This document shows positions 1 to 10,564 of a stretch of DNA of 64,000 nucleotides, one piece after another. Where the stretch lies: positions 5,580,001-5,644,000 of the forward strand of contig CM059432.1 in the NCBI GenBank assembly GCA_030390025.1, written 5' to 3'. Within the stretch, counting starts at the first letter, position 1. Every line of letters begins with the position of its first letter. The notes under the pieces are model-generated. The model had not been told where the DNA came from and made no database searches. It saw only the letters and a list, made by a program, of their open reading frames with translations. The DNA is from Squalus acanthias. Its lineage: Eukaryota. The position numbers were made by a program, and so were the translations under genes.

Positions 1-275
1 GCTGGTATCAGTAATGGTGACCATGAAGCTCCCGGACTGTCGTAAAAACCCACCTGGTTCACTAATGTCCTTTAGGGAAGGAAATCTGCCGTCCTTACCG
101 GGTCTGGCCTGTGTGTGACTCCAGACCCACAGCAATGTGATTGACTCTTAACTGCCCCTCTGAAATGGCCTAGCAAGCCACTCAGCCCACCTGCTCAAGG
201 GCAATTATGGATGGGCAATAAATGCTGGCCTTGCCAGTGATGCCCACATCCCAGGAACGAATACATTTTTAAAAA
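1..275 (+). mobile_element. 3' part of tRNA-derived SINE (same family as 56730-57190), in RPL30 intron
   Basis: Close match to 56868-57190, ending in the AAGGGCAATTA..GATGGGCAATAAATGCTGGCC tail. Confidence 0.85.
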
Positions 276-479
276 GCAAGATTTTTTTGCCAGTTCTATT
301 AAATCTGTGTCCTCTGGTGACCGACCCTCCTACTAGTGGAAATGATTTCTTCATTCAATCAATAACCCGTATAATTTTGAACACTTCGATTAAAGTTCCC
401 CTTAACCTTGCCTGCTCTAAAGGCGAGCAATGGCAGCTTCTCCAGACACAAGTCTCTGCTCTGCACCCTTAAACCCCCG

Positions 480-1260
480 CCGGATCCCGGTCTCCAAGGG
501 CCTCGACACCAGTGCGCTTCACTCCCGAAATAAAACGATGGCAACTGAGGCGGGCAAACACTCCACACTCGGCCTCTCCTTTCCCCCCCCGAGTGTGGGG
601 CTCGGTGCGGAGGCGCCCAAATCATTCGGGAAAAGCGGCAACCCACCCCCTACTACCTCAGCGCTGGAGCCAGGCCGCAACCTCGAGGCCCGGCTGGAAG
701 CAGCCCGGCGCGGACCGCAAACCCCAACCGGCGGCGAAGCCAAAGCTGAGCGGAGAGCCGCCGATCCGCACAACCTCGGGTGGGTTAGAAGAAACCAAAC
801 ACGGGCCCCCCGTTGCCCCCCCACACACCACCCAGGCCCCGGCCTGCTTCCACTCCACGTGAAGGCCTCCTCCCCAGGCCTCCCCACACCACCGCAGGCC
901 TCACCGTCTTCTTCGCCGCCACCATCCTGCCCGGCCGCTTTGTTTCTTCCTCTCTTCTACTGAAAAAAGTCAAGTGAGAGCGGGAGTGAGCCGCCGCGGA
1001 GGGCCGGGGTGCGAGTGCGTGTGTGAGGGAGGGAGCGCCGCGAATCCGCCAGCCGACTCCAAGATGGCCGCGGACACCAAAGGAAGGGGCGGCCGCCCCG
1101 CCGCCCGCTTTACAGCGCCCAGCCCTCGCGAGAGCTGGCTGAGCTCACGTCCTCGGCCCCGCCCCCCCGCGGAGAGCAAGGGAGGACACGTGACACACAC
1201 CGCCCGGTTCAATTATACCACGTGACCCCCCCCCTCAAGCTCCATGGCAACGCTGACAGC
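480..1260 (-). promoter_or_regulatory. CpG-island promoter/5' region of RPL30: 5'TOP pyrimidine tract, YY1 site, GC boxes, E-boxes, X-box-like motif
   Basis: Very GC/CpG-rich. Minus-strand CCCCTTCCTTT at 1089-1079 (TOP/TCT-type start); GCCATCTTG YY1 motif at about 1060-1068; CCCCGCCCC at about 1157-1165; CACGTGAC at 1187 and 1219; CCATGGCAAC at 1241. Confidence 0.85.
905..925 (-). CDS. RPL30: 60S ribosomal protein L30, first coding exon (MVAAKKT); the rest of the gene lies left of the window
   Basis: Minus strand reads ATGGTGGCGGCGAAGAAGACG followed by the donor GTGAGG (904-899). MVAAKKT is the vertebrate eL30 N-terminus. An upstream acceptor TTTTTTCAG (968-960) defines a 55-nt exon, 959-905. 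Adjacent 5'TOP tract and ERICH5 synteny support the call. Confidence 0.92.
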
Positions 1261-1383
1261 AGCTCCCCAGACTCCAGCCTCAGAGAATTCCATTGGGAAA
1301 TGTTGATTTTGATCATTTTCCTTTTGTTTTTCATTTGCATTTTATTGTTTGTGCCCCTTTAAAAGGCGGCACTATTCTTAAAT

Positions 1384-2200
1384 TGCGGAGCTGCTGGTGT
1401 TGGACTGGGGTGGACTAACGAACGACCTCATGGGGTAGTGGTCGAACGAACGATTCGAGCGAACGCAAGCATGCACATTGGAACTTACACTCGATCGAAC
1501 GAATGATCGCGTGGGGAACGATCAGACGAACGATTCGAGCGAACGCACGCAGGCGCGCACTTAGATAACTGATACGCACGCACGCATTCAGACATAATGG
1601 AACTTACGCTCGAGCGAACGAACGAACGCTTGAATGAACGAACGAACAATTGAATGAATGATCGAATGATCGAACGAATAATGCCAGTAGGACTGGCGTA
1701 AAACGGGTTTTTTCTTGGTTTATTGGAATAAATGTTATTTGTAGCATTAATTGGATTATGATGGTGCTATGTGTTTGTACACTGGTGTTGAAATGGGTTT
1801 TGTTTTACGTGGAGTTAACTTTGAGATTTATTATTTTAAATCTAAAAAGTTGTGTGTATTTAAGGGTATTTGTACTGTAAACATTATTGATTATTTGTAA
1901 AAGTAATCATTGCATTTATATTAACTAAGGCTGTTTTTAAGGCTTTATTTTTTACTGTGATGGATGAATGTAATGGATTTACTATGTAATGGATTTACTA
2001 TGTAATTGATGAGTTGTACAGGTATTATTGTTTTTGAATAAAAGAGTTGGACTGGGGTGGACAAAAGTGAGAAGTCGCACAACACCAGGTTATAGTCCAA
2101 CAGTTTTATTTGAAATCACAAGCTTTCGGAGCGGCTGCTCCTTCGTCGGGTGAAGTGAAGAAATACAAATCGGCACAGCATATATAGACAGAGAACAATG
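1384..2200 (-). mobile_element. Penelope-like 3' terminal repeat fragment (1384-1415 and 2046-2200) interrupted by a 630-bp insert
   Basis: Matches the reverse complement of about 6690-6809 (hammerhead-like core, GTTGGACTATAACCTGGTG, CCCCAGTCCAAC tail). 17-bp duplication at 1399-1415 and 2046-2062. Confidence 0.75.
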
Positions 2201-2229
2201 CCTGTGCAGAGTACAATGTCAGACGACTA

Positions 2230-2298
2230 CAGTTAATCTTTCTTATCTGATTGTTTCTCTGCCGAGGTGTGATAAAAGGCAGTCAGAAAGATTAACTG
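2230..2298. mobile_element. 69-bp mini-MITE, Tc1/mariner-like
   Basis: 14-bp terminal inverted repeats CAGTTAATCTTTCT/AGAAAGATTAACTG, flanked by TA on both sides. Confidence 0.65.
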
Positions 2299-2335
2299 TA
2301 ATTTATTGCCCATCCCTAATTTCCCTTGAGAAGGT

Positions 2336-2990
2336 CCTCTTTTTATTGAACCAAATTAACTGTAAATTAACTGAAAATTAACAAAACTTTAAATAAAACT
2401 TATCAAATTAAATTACATTACATTACCGGGGGTGACGATGCACTCCAGTCCCCACGGCGCCCATCGGTCTCGAAAGGCGTCAAGCGTGCCGGAGGACACC
2501 GCGTGCTCCATCTGCAGGGCCACTTAAATATATATATATATATATATATATTAGTCTTAAATATTGAACTTTATTAAATACCTTTGGAGTTTAGAATTTT
2601 TAATTAATTCATTCTCGGGATCTGGGCGTCGCTGGCAAGGCCAGTATTTATTGCCCATCCCTAATTGCCCCTCGAGAAGGTGGTGGTGAGCCGCCTTCTT
2701 GAACCGCTGCAGTCGTGTGGTGAAGGTGCTCCCACAGCGCTGTTAGGGAGGGAGTTCCAGGATTTTGACCCAGCGACAATGAAGGAACGGCCGATATATT
2801 TCCAAGTCAGGATGGTGTGCTCTTTTGGTGCGATCAATAAACAAAAACTGTAACTTAACAAAAATACATCAAATGAAACTTAACAAATTAAATTAAAATT
2901 CAGTTTCCGGGGGTGATGATGCACTCCAGTCCCTGCGGTGCCCACCAGTCGCGGAAGGCCTCGAGCGTGCCGTCAGACACCGTGTGCTCC
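2336..2990 (-). mobile_element. Two Tx1-like non-LTR retrotransposon 3' ends (about 2336-2523 and 2820-2990) interleaved with LINE/SINE tail fragments
   Basis: Minus strand encodes ...MEHAVSSGTLDAFRDRWAPWGLECIVTPG and a second similar copy, resembling the Tx1 ORF2 C-terminus. Each is followed by an AT-rich 3' UTR ending in AAAAGAG. Confidence 0.6.
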
Positions 2991-3098
2991 ACATTACAAC
3001 AGTGACTCCACTTCAAAAACAGTACTTCATTGACTGTAAAGCACTTTGAGACGTCCAGTGGTCGTGAAAGGCGCTACATAAATGCAAGTCTTTCTTTC

Positions 3099-4740
3099 TT
3101 ATATATAACAATCCATTGGGTGATGGGCCATTATATATAACAATCCATTGGGTGAAGGACCATTATATATAACAATCCACTGGGTGATGGGCCATTATAT
3201 ATAACAATCCACTGGGTGATGGGCCATTATATATAACAATCCACTGGGTGATGGGCCATTATATATAACAATCCATTGGGTGATGGACCATTATATATAA
3301 CAATCCACTGGGTGATGGGCCATTATATATAACAATCCACTGGGTGATGGGCCATTATAGATAACAATCCACTGGGTGATGGGCCATTATATATAACAAT
3401 CCATTGGGTGATGGACCATTATATATAACAATCCATTGGGTGATGGACCATTATATATAACAATCCACTGGGTGATGGGCCATTATACATAACAATCCAC
3501 TGGGTGAAGGACCATTATATATAACAATCCATTGGGTGATGGGCCATTATATATAACAATCCATTGGGTGATGGGCCATTATATATAACAATCCACTGGG
3601 TGATGGGCCATTATATATAACAATCCACTGGGTGATGGGCCATTATATATAACAATCCATTGGGTGATGGACCATTATATATAACAATCCACTGGGTGAT
3701 GGGCCATTATATATAACAATCCACTGGGTGATGGGCCATTATATATAACAATCCACTGGGTGATGGGCCATTATATATAACAATCCATTGGGTGATGGAC
3801 CATTATATATAACAATCCATTGGGTGATGGGCCATTATACATAACAATCCACTGGGTGAAGGACCATTATATATAACAATCCATTGGGTGATGGGCCATT
3901 ATATATAACAATCCACTGGGTGATGGACCATTATATATAACAATCCACTGGGTGATGGGCCATTATATATAACAATCCACTGGGTGAAGGGCCATTATAT
4001 ATAACAATCCATTGGGTGATGGGCCATTATATATAACAATCCACTGGGTGATGGACCATTATATATAACAATCCACTGGGTGATGGGCCATTATATATAA
4101 CAATCCACTGGGTGAAGGGCCATTATATATAACAATCCATTGGGTGATGGGCCATTATATATAACAATCCATTGGGTGATGGACCATTATATATAACAAT
4201 CCACTGGGTGATGGGCCATTATATATAACAATCCACTGGGTGATGGGCCATTATATATAAAAATCCATTGGGTGATGGGCCATTATATATAACAATCCAT
4301 TGGGTGAAGGACCATTATATATAAAAATCCATTGGGTGATGGGCCATTATAGAAAACAATCCACTGGGTGATGGGCCATTATAGAAAACAATCCACTGGG
4401 TGATGGGCCATTATATATAAAAATCCATTGGGTGATGGGCCATTATATATAACAATCCATTGGGTGAAGGACCATTATATATAACAATCCACTGGGTGAT
4501 GGGCCATTATAGAAAACAATCCACTGGGTGATGGGCCATTATAGAAAACAATCCACTGGGTGATGGACCATTATACATAACAATCCACTGGGTGATGGGC
4601 CATTATAGAAAAAAATTCACTGGGTGATGGACCATTATACATAACAATCCACTGGGTGATGGGCCATTATACATAACAATCCACTGGGTGATGGGCCATT
4701 ATATATAACAATCCACTGGGTGATGGACCATTATACATAA
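3099..4740. repeat. 32-bp minisatellite, about 51 copies (ATATATAACAATCCAYTGGGTGAWGGRCCATT)
   Basis: Direct tandem periodicity of 32 nt with a few variant positions. Confidence 0.97.
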
Positions 4741-5170
4741 GGGCAACACGGTGGCATAGTGGTTAGCACTGGTGCCTCACAGCGCCAGAGACCCGGGTTC
4801 GAATCTGACCTCGGGTGACTGTCTGTGTGGAGTTTGCACATTCTCCCCGTGTCTGCGTGGGTTTCCTCCGGGTGCTCCGGTTTCCTCCCACAGTCCAAAA
4901 ATGTGTGGGTTAGGTTGATTTGGCTATGATAAATTGACCCTTAGTGTTAGGGGGGATTAAATATGTGGGGTTATGGGGATAGGATGGGATATGTTAGGGG
5001 GAATTAAATACAGGGGTAGGGTGGGATATGTGTACTGTGGGGATTAAAGCAGGGACAGGGTACTGGATGATCAGCCATGATCGTATTGAATGGCGGAGCA
5101 GGCTCGACGGGCCGAATGGCCTACTCCTGCTCCTAGATTCTATGTTTCTATGTTTCTATTTCTATGTTTC
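4741..5170 (+). mobile_element. HE1-like V-SINE, full length; further fragments at about 27235-27445 (+) and 53971-54270 (-)
   Basis: tRNA-like head (GTGGCATAGTGG A box, GGTTCGAATC B box); V-domain GTGTGGAGTTTGCACATTCTCCCCGTGTCTGCGTGGGTTTCCTCCGG; CR1/HER1 tail with TTCTATGT repeats. Confidence 0.88.
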
Positions 5171-6118
5171 TCCATCTCCCAGGTCACCCGGGCGCGAACA
5201 TGGCCGCGGAAGAGAGACAGGCAGTCGGACCCGAACGACCCCCTCGACCGCCCGCTGCCTGGACCAGTTAATGACCACTTTGGCCAGGCCCAGGAGCAAT
5301 CCTACGAGGAGGTCCCCCGACCTGCCCACTCCCCTCCGCACCGGGTGACCAAAGATCAGGAGCGTGGGACTGAAGTGCAGCCAAAAATCGAGGATCAGCC
5401 CCTTCAAATAATGGAAGAGGGGCTGCAAGAACATAAGAACATAAGAAATAGGAGCAGGAATAGGCCACTTGGTCCCTCGAGCCTGCTCCGCCATTCAATA
5501 AGATCATGGCTGATCTAGGGCTCAAAGCCACTTCCCAGCCTGCTCCCCATAACCCTTCACTCCCTTATCTTGAAAAAATTTGTCTATCTCCACTTTAAAT
5601 GTATTTAATGACCCAGCCTCCACAGCTCTCTGGGGCAGAGATTTCCACAAATTTATGACCCTCTGAGAGAAGAAGTTCCTCCTCATCTCAGTTCTAAAAG
5701 TGCGACCCTTTATTCTGAGACTGTGCCCCCGAGTTCTAGATTTCCCCACGAGGGGATACATCGGGCCAGAAATTAGGCACTTGCCGGGTGAGTACGCGCT
5801 GTGTACTCACCCGTAAGGCCTCCTGAAGTGGCGGTTTCCTGCATGCACTGCATATGCGCGGGAAACCGGAACTTCCGGTTTCGTGAAGGGAGTGGTTCAG
5901 AGGTGAACCGCGTGCGCGGGAGAGGCTGCGCGCACGCAGCGAACTTAGGTTTTTTTTCAGGTTTCTCCGGGAAGGTAAGTATTGAAGAAGCTGTGCTTTT
6001 AAAAAGCAGGCGCAAGACCCGTTTTTAACAAGGTAAGTGGTTAATTAATTACAATTTAAACATTTTTTCAACAGGTTTATCTTTTTTACATACTTTAAAG
6101 ACAGGTAAGTTTATTTTT

Positions 6119-6809
6119 GAGAAGTCGCACAACACCAGGTTATAGTCCAACAGATTTATTTAAAATTACAAGCTTTCGGAGCTGTCGCCCCTTCGTCAGG
6201 CAAAGTTACTGTGAGAGAATCTATCAGAATTCACAGAATATAAAAACACAGAGAAAATGCATAGATTAAATCTTTCCCTACATCAAAGACACACTAAGAG
6301 CACAGCCAAGACAATGAGATGTGTCCCAGGGGGTCCAACGCGTCAGAACACCTGCTGGCTGCATATCCTCTCCATTTTTTGTGTTTGTTTCTTGTGTTTT
6401 TTTTTTAAACTGGAAAGACCGGCAACGATGTCAAGTCACGTTTAGAACGTGACTTGACATCGTTGCCGGTCTTTCCAGTTTTAAAAAAAAACACAAGAAA
6501 CAAACACAAAAAATGGAGAGGATATGCAGCCAGCAGGTGTTCTGACGCGTTGGACCCCCTGGGACACATCTCATTGTCTTGGCTGTGCTCTTAGCGTGTC
6601 TTTGATGTAGGGAAAGATTTAATCTATGCATTTTCTCTGTGTTTTTATATTCTGTGAATTCTGATAGATTCTCTCACAGTAACTTTGCCTGACGAAGGGG
6701 CGACAGCTCCGAAAGCTTGTAATTTTAAATAAATCTGTTGGACTATAACCTGGTGTTGTGCGACTTCTCATTTTTGTCCACCCCAGTCCAACGCCGGCAT
6801 CTCCGCATC
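6119..6809 (+). mobile_element. Penelope-like element insertion: inverted pseudo-LTR pair plus 39-nt tail, 12-bp TSD
   Basis: Arms 6118-6442 and 6446-6770 are reverse complements with about 2 mismatches. AAGTTTATTTTT at 6107-6118 and 6810-6821. Hammerhead-like core in each arm. Confidence 0.85.
6685..6722 (+). ncRNA. Minimal type-I hammerhead ribozyme-like motif of a Penelope-like element (mirror copy on minus strand about 6166-6203)
   Basis: CUGACGA-A-GGGGC-GACA-GCUCC-GAAA-GC-UU, with a short stem I (UUGC/GUAA) and palindromic stem III. Confidence 0.65.
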
Positions 6810-8812
6810 AAGTTTATTTTTAGCATTGTTAAAAAGTATTTTAATTTTGTCAAAAATTTAAATTTTTGTTTAAAGTAGTTAATTTATTTAACTTATAGTT
6901 ATTTTAAAAATGTGATGGTTTTTTAAAAAATTTATTTGAAGTTTAGGTGTTGTTTTGGGGCCGATTTCAATTCATAGATTTGACAGGTCTTCCTGTCAAA
7001 TCTATGAATGAAAGATGGTCTGCTGCCATTGGCTCTCCATGGCCCACGTGATCCCAGGGGACGCATCGTACTAACTACGCCCCTGGGATACACAAGCACT
7101 GCGCGCCGGCAGCTGCAGGAGGCCCAGGAGCTGAAGTCCCCGTGGGCCCAGAGGTCAACGGCAGGCGTGGTAGGTAGGTGCGCACGCGATCATTGCACCC
7201 ACGGGAAGCCAGGGAGCCTAATTTCTGGGCCATTCTCTCTGCATCTACCCTGTCGCGCCCCCTCAGTATCGATATATGTTTCGATAAGATCACCTCTCAT
7301 TCTTCTAAATTCCAATGAGTATAGGCCCAGCCTGCTCAACCTTTCCTCATAAGTCAAACCCCTCATCTCAGGAATCAACCGAGTGAATCGTCTCTGAACT
7401 GCCTCTAATGCAAGTATATCCTTCCTTAAATAAGGAGACCAAAACTGTACGCAGTACTCAAGGTGTGGTCTCATCAATACCTTGTACAGTTGTAGCAGGA
7501 CTTCCCTGCTTTTATACTCCAACCCCCTTGAAATAAAGGCCAACATTCCATTTGCCTTTTTTATTACTTGCTGTACCTGCATGCTAACTTTTTGTGTTTC
7601 ATGCACAAGGACCCCCAGGTCCCGCTGAAGTGTAGCATTTTGTAATCTCTCTCCATTTAAATAATAGTTTGCTTTTTTATTTTTCCTGCCAAAGTGGATA
7701 ACCTCGCACTTTCCCACATTATACTCCATCTGCCAAATGTTTGTCCACTCACCTAGCCTGTCTATATCCCTTTGCAGATTCTTTGAGTCCTCTGCACAAC
7801 TTGCTTTCCCACCCATCCGCAAACTTGGCTACATTACACTCAATCCCTTCACCCAAGTCATTAATGTAGATTGTAAATAGTTGGGGCCCCAGCACCGATC
7901 CTTGTGGCACCCCACTAGTTACCGTTTGCCAACCAGAAAATGACCCATTTATCCTGACTCTCTGCTTTCTGTTAGTTAGCCAATTCTCTAGCCATGCTAA
8001 TATATTACCCCCAACTCCGTGAGCTCTTATCTTATGCAGTAACCTTTTATGTGGCACCTTATCGAATGCCTTCTGGAAATCCAAATACACCACATCCACT
8101 GGCTCACCCTTGTCCACCCTGCTTGTTACATCCTCAAAGACCTCCAGCAAATTTGTTAAACATGATTTCCCTTTCCTAAAACCATGCTGACTCTGTTTGA
8201 CTGCAGTATGTTTTTCTAAATGCCCTGCTACTGCTTCCTTAATGAAGGACTCCAGCATTTTCCCAATGACAGATGTTAGGCTAACTGGTCTATAGTTTCC
8301 TGCTTTCTGTCTCCCTCCTTTCTTAAATAGGGGTGTTACATTAGCGGTTTTCCAATCCGCTGGGACCTCTCCAGAGTCCAGGGAATTTTGGTATATTGCA
8401 ACCATTGCATCCACTATCTCTGCAGCCACTTCTTTTAAGACCCTGGGATGCAGGCCATCTTGTCCAAGGGACTTGTCGTCTTTTAGTCCCATTATTTTAC
8501 CGAGTACTATTTCCTTAGTGATAGTGATTGTCTTTAGTTCCCCACTCCCTGTGGCCCCTTGATTATCCATTATTGGGATGTTGTTAGTGCCTTCTACAGT
8601 GAAGGCAGATGCAACCTCTCACACTCCGTATAAACATGGAACACGGACTCCTCCAGGCCGCAGAAAAGGCTGGCGGCCTGGGAGTCCGTGAACCGACTTA
8701 AAAATTTATTGCACGGGACTGCCCCGTGCAACACTCTCCAGACCAAGCCCCCAATAGATAAAGGGAGGACATCCGCGTAGAGAGCCCTCCACTGGGACCC
8801 CCGCCTCCTCCG

Positions 8813-10510
8813 TCAGGATGGTGTGTGACTTGGAAGGGAACTTGGAGGTGGTGGTGTTCCCATGTGCCTGCTGCCCATGTCCTTCAGCTCCTTTGTCCAT
8901 GTTTGGACCAAGGCTGTAATGAGGTCGGGAGCCGAGTGGTCTTGGTGGAACCCAAACTGGGCATCAGTGAGCAGGTTATTGGTGAGTAAGTGCCACTTGA
9001 TAGCACTGTCGATGACACCATCCATCACTTTGCTGATGATTGAGAGTAGACTGATGTTGGCAGTAATTGGCCGGGTTGGATTTGTCCTGCTTTTTGTGGA
9101 CAGGACATACCTGGGCAATTTTCCACATTGTCGGATAGATGCCAGTGTTGTAGCTGTACTGGAACAGCTTGGCTAGAGGCGCGGCTAGTTCTGGAGCACA
9201 AGTCTTCAGCACGACAGCCGGGATGTTGTCGGAGCCCACAGCCTTTGCTGTATCCAATGCGCTCAGCTGTTTCTTGATATCACGTGGAGTGAATCGAATT
9301 GGCTGAAGACTGGCTTCTGTGATGGTGGGGACCTCAGGAGGAGGCCGATATGGATCATCCACTCGGCACTTCTGGCTGAAGATGGTTGCAAACGTTTCAG
9401 CCTTGTCTTTTGCACTCACGTGCTGGGCTCTGCCATCATTGAGGATCAGAATATTCATGGAGCCTCCTCCTCCCGTTAGTTGTTTAATGGTCCACCACCA
9501 TTCACGACTGGATGTGGCAGGACTGCAGAGCTTTGATCTGATCCGTTGATTGTGGGATCGCTTAGCCCTGTCTATAGCATGCTGCTTCCGCTGTTTAGCA
9601 TGCATGTAGTCCTGTGTTGCAGCTTCCCCAGGTTGACACCTCATTTTTAGGTACGCCTGGTGCTGCTCCTGGCATGCTCTTCTACACTCCTTATTGATCC
9701 AGGGTTGGTCCCCTGGCTTGATGGTAATGGTAGAGTGAGGGATATGCTGGGCCATGAGGTTACAGATTGTGGTGGAATACAATTCTGCTGCTGCTGATGG
9801 CCCACAGCGCCTCATGGATGCCCAGTTTTGAGCTGCTAGATCTGTTCTGAATCTATCCCATTTAGCACGGTGGTCATGCCATACAACATGACGGAGGGTG
9901 TCCTCATTGTGAAGATGGGACTTTGTCTCCACAATTACTGTGCGATGGTCACTGCTACCAATACTATCATGGACAGATGCATCTGCGACAGGTAGATTGG
10001 TGAGGACAGGGTCAAGTAGGTTTTTCCTCGTGTTGGTTCTCTCACCACCTGTTGCAGGCCCAGACTGGCAGTTATGTCCTTCAGGACTCGGCCAGTAGTG
10101 GTGCTATCAAGCCACTCTTGGTGATGGACATTGAAGTTCCCCACCCAGAGTATATTCTGTGCCCTTGCTACTCTCAGTGCTTCTTGGTGTTCAACATGGT
10201 GGAGTACTGATTCATCAGCTGAGGGTGGTAGGTGGTAATCAGCAGGAGGTTTCATTGCCATGCTTGACCTGAAGCCATGAGACTTCATGGGGTCCGGAGT
10301 CAATGTTGAGGACTCCCAGGGCCACTCCCTCCCGACTGTATGCCACTGCGCCACCACCCCTGGTGAGTCTGTCCTGCCGGTGAGACAGGACATACCCAGG
10401 GATGGTGATGGAGGAGTTTGGGACATTGGCCTGAATGGTATGATTCTGTGAGTATGACTTTGTCAGGCTCTCCCAATTTTGGCACAAGTCCCCAGATGTT
10501 GGTGAGGAGG
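8813..10510 (-). mobile_element. APE-endonuclease/RT LINE (family 2, CR1 group), degenerate and internally deleted
   Basis: Frameshifted ORFs: VILTESY, LNIDSGPHEVSW, WVGNFNVHH, PTMWKIAQVCPVHKKQDKSNPANY, QFGF. Confidence 0.85.
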
Positions 10511-10564
10511 AAAGAGAGAGCTGTTCCGTTGGGACAGACTACACCTGAACCATGCTGGGACCAG

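Larger units (their letters stand above)
5763..7231. mobile_element. MITE (PIF/Harbinger-like, family A) carrying a nested Penelope palindrome
   Basis: TIRs GGGCCAGAAATTAGGC / GCCTAATTTCTGGGCC; flanks ATC/ATT. Internal similarity to 53451-54484 and 43235-44899. Confidence 0.8.
5429..8609 (-). mobile_element. 5'-truncated CR1 (HER1-like) LINE, RT domain to 3' tail, interrupted by a MITE
   Basis: ORFs with [34 protein letters not shown] and RPHLEYCVQFWSP. TTCTTATG tail at about 5430. TGCAA on both flanks (5424-5428, 8610-8614). Confidence 0.93.

Noticed and set aside
1..904. Intronic snoRNA in RPL30
   Set aside because: The visible intron part is SINE, CR1 fragment and CpG island; no convincing H/ACA or C/D structure seen.
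430..1225. Multiple overlapping ORFs
   Set aside because: Expected in a GC-rich CpG island; only the 21-nt RPL30 coding segment is supported.
3099..4740. CRISPR-like array
   Set aside because: Head-to-tail repeats without unique spacers, no cas genes, vertebrate context.
4741..4815. tRNA gene (also heads at about 24830 and 56730)
   Set aside because: tRNA-derived SINE heads continuous with SINE bodies and tails.
6118..6770. Palindrome as assembly artefact or miRNA precursor
   Set aside because: TSD, asymmetric tail, arm mismatches and a paralogous empty site favour a real Penelope-type insertion. The arms are far longer than a pre-miRNA.
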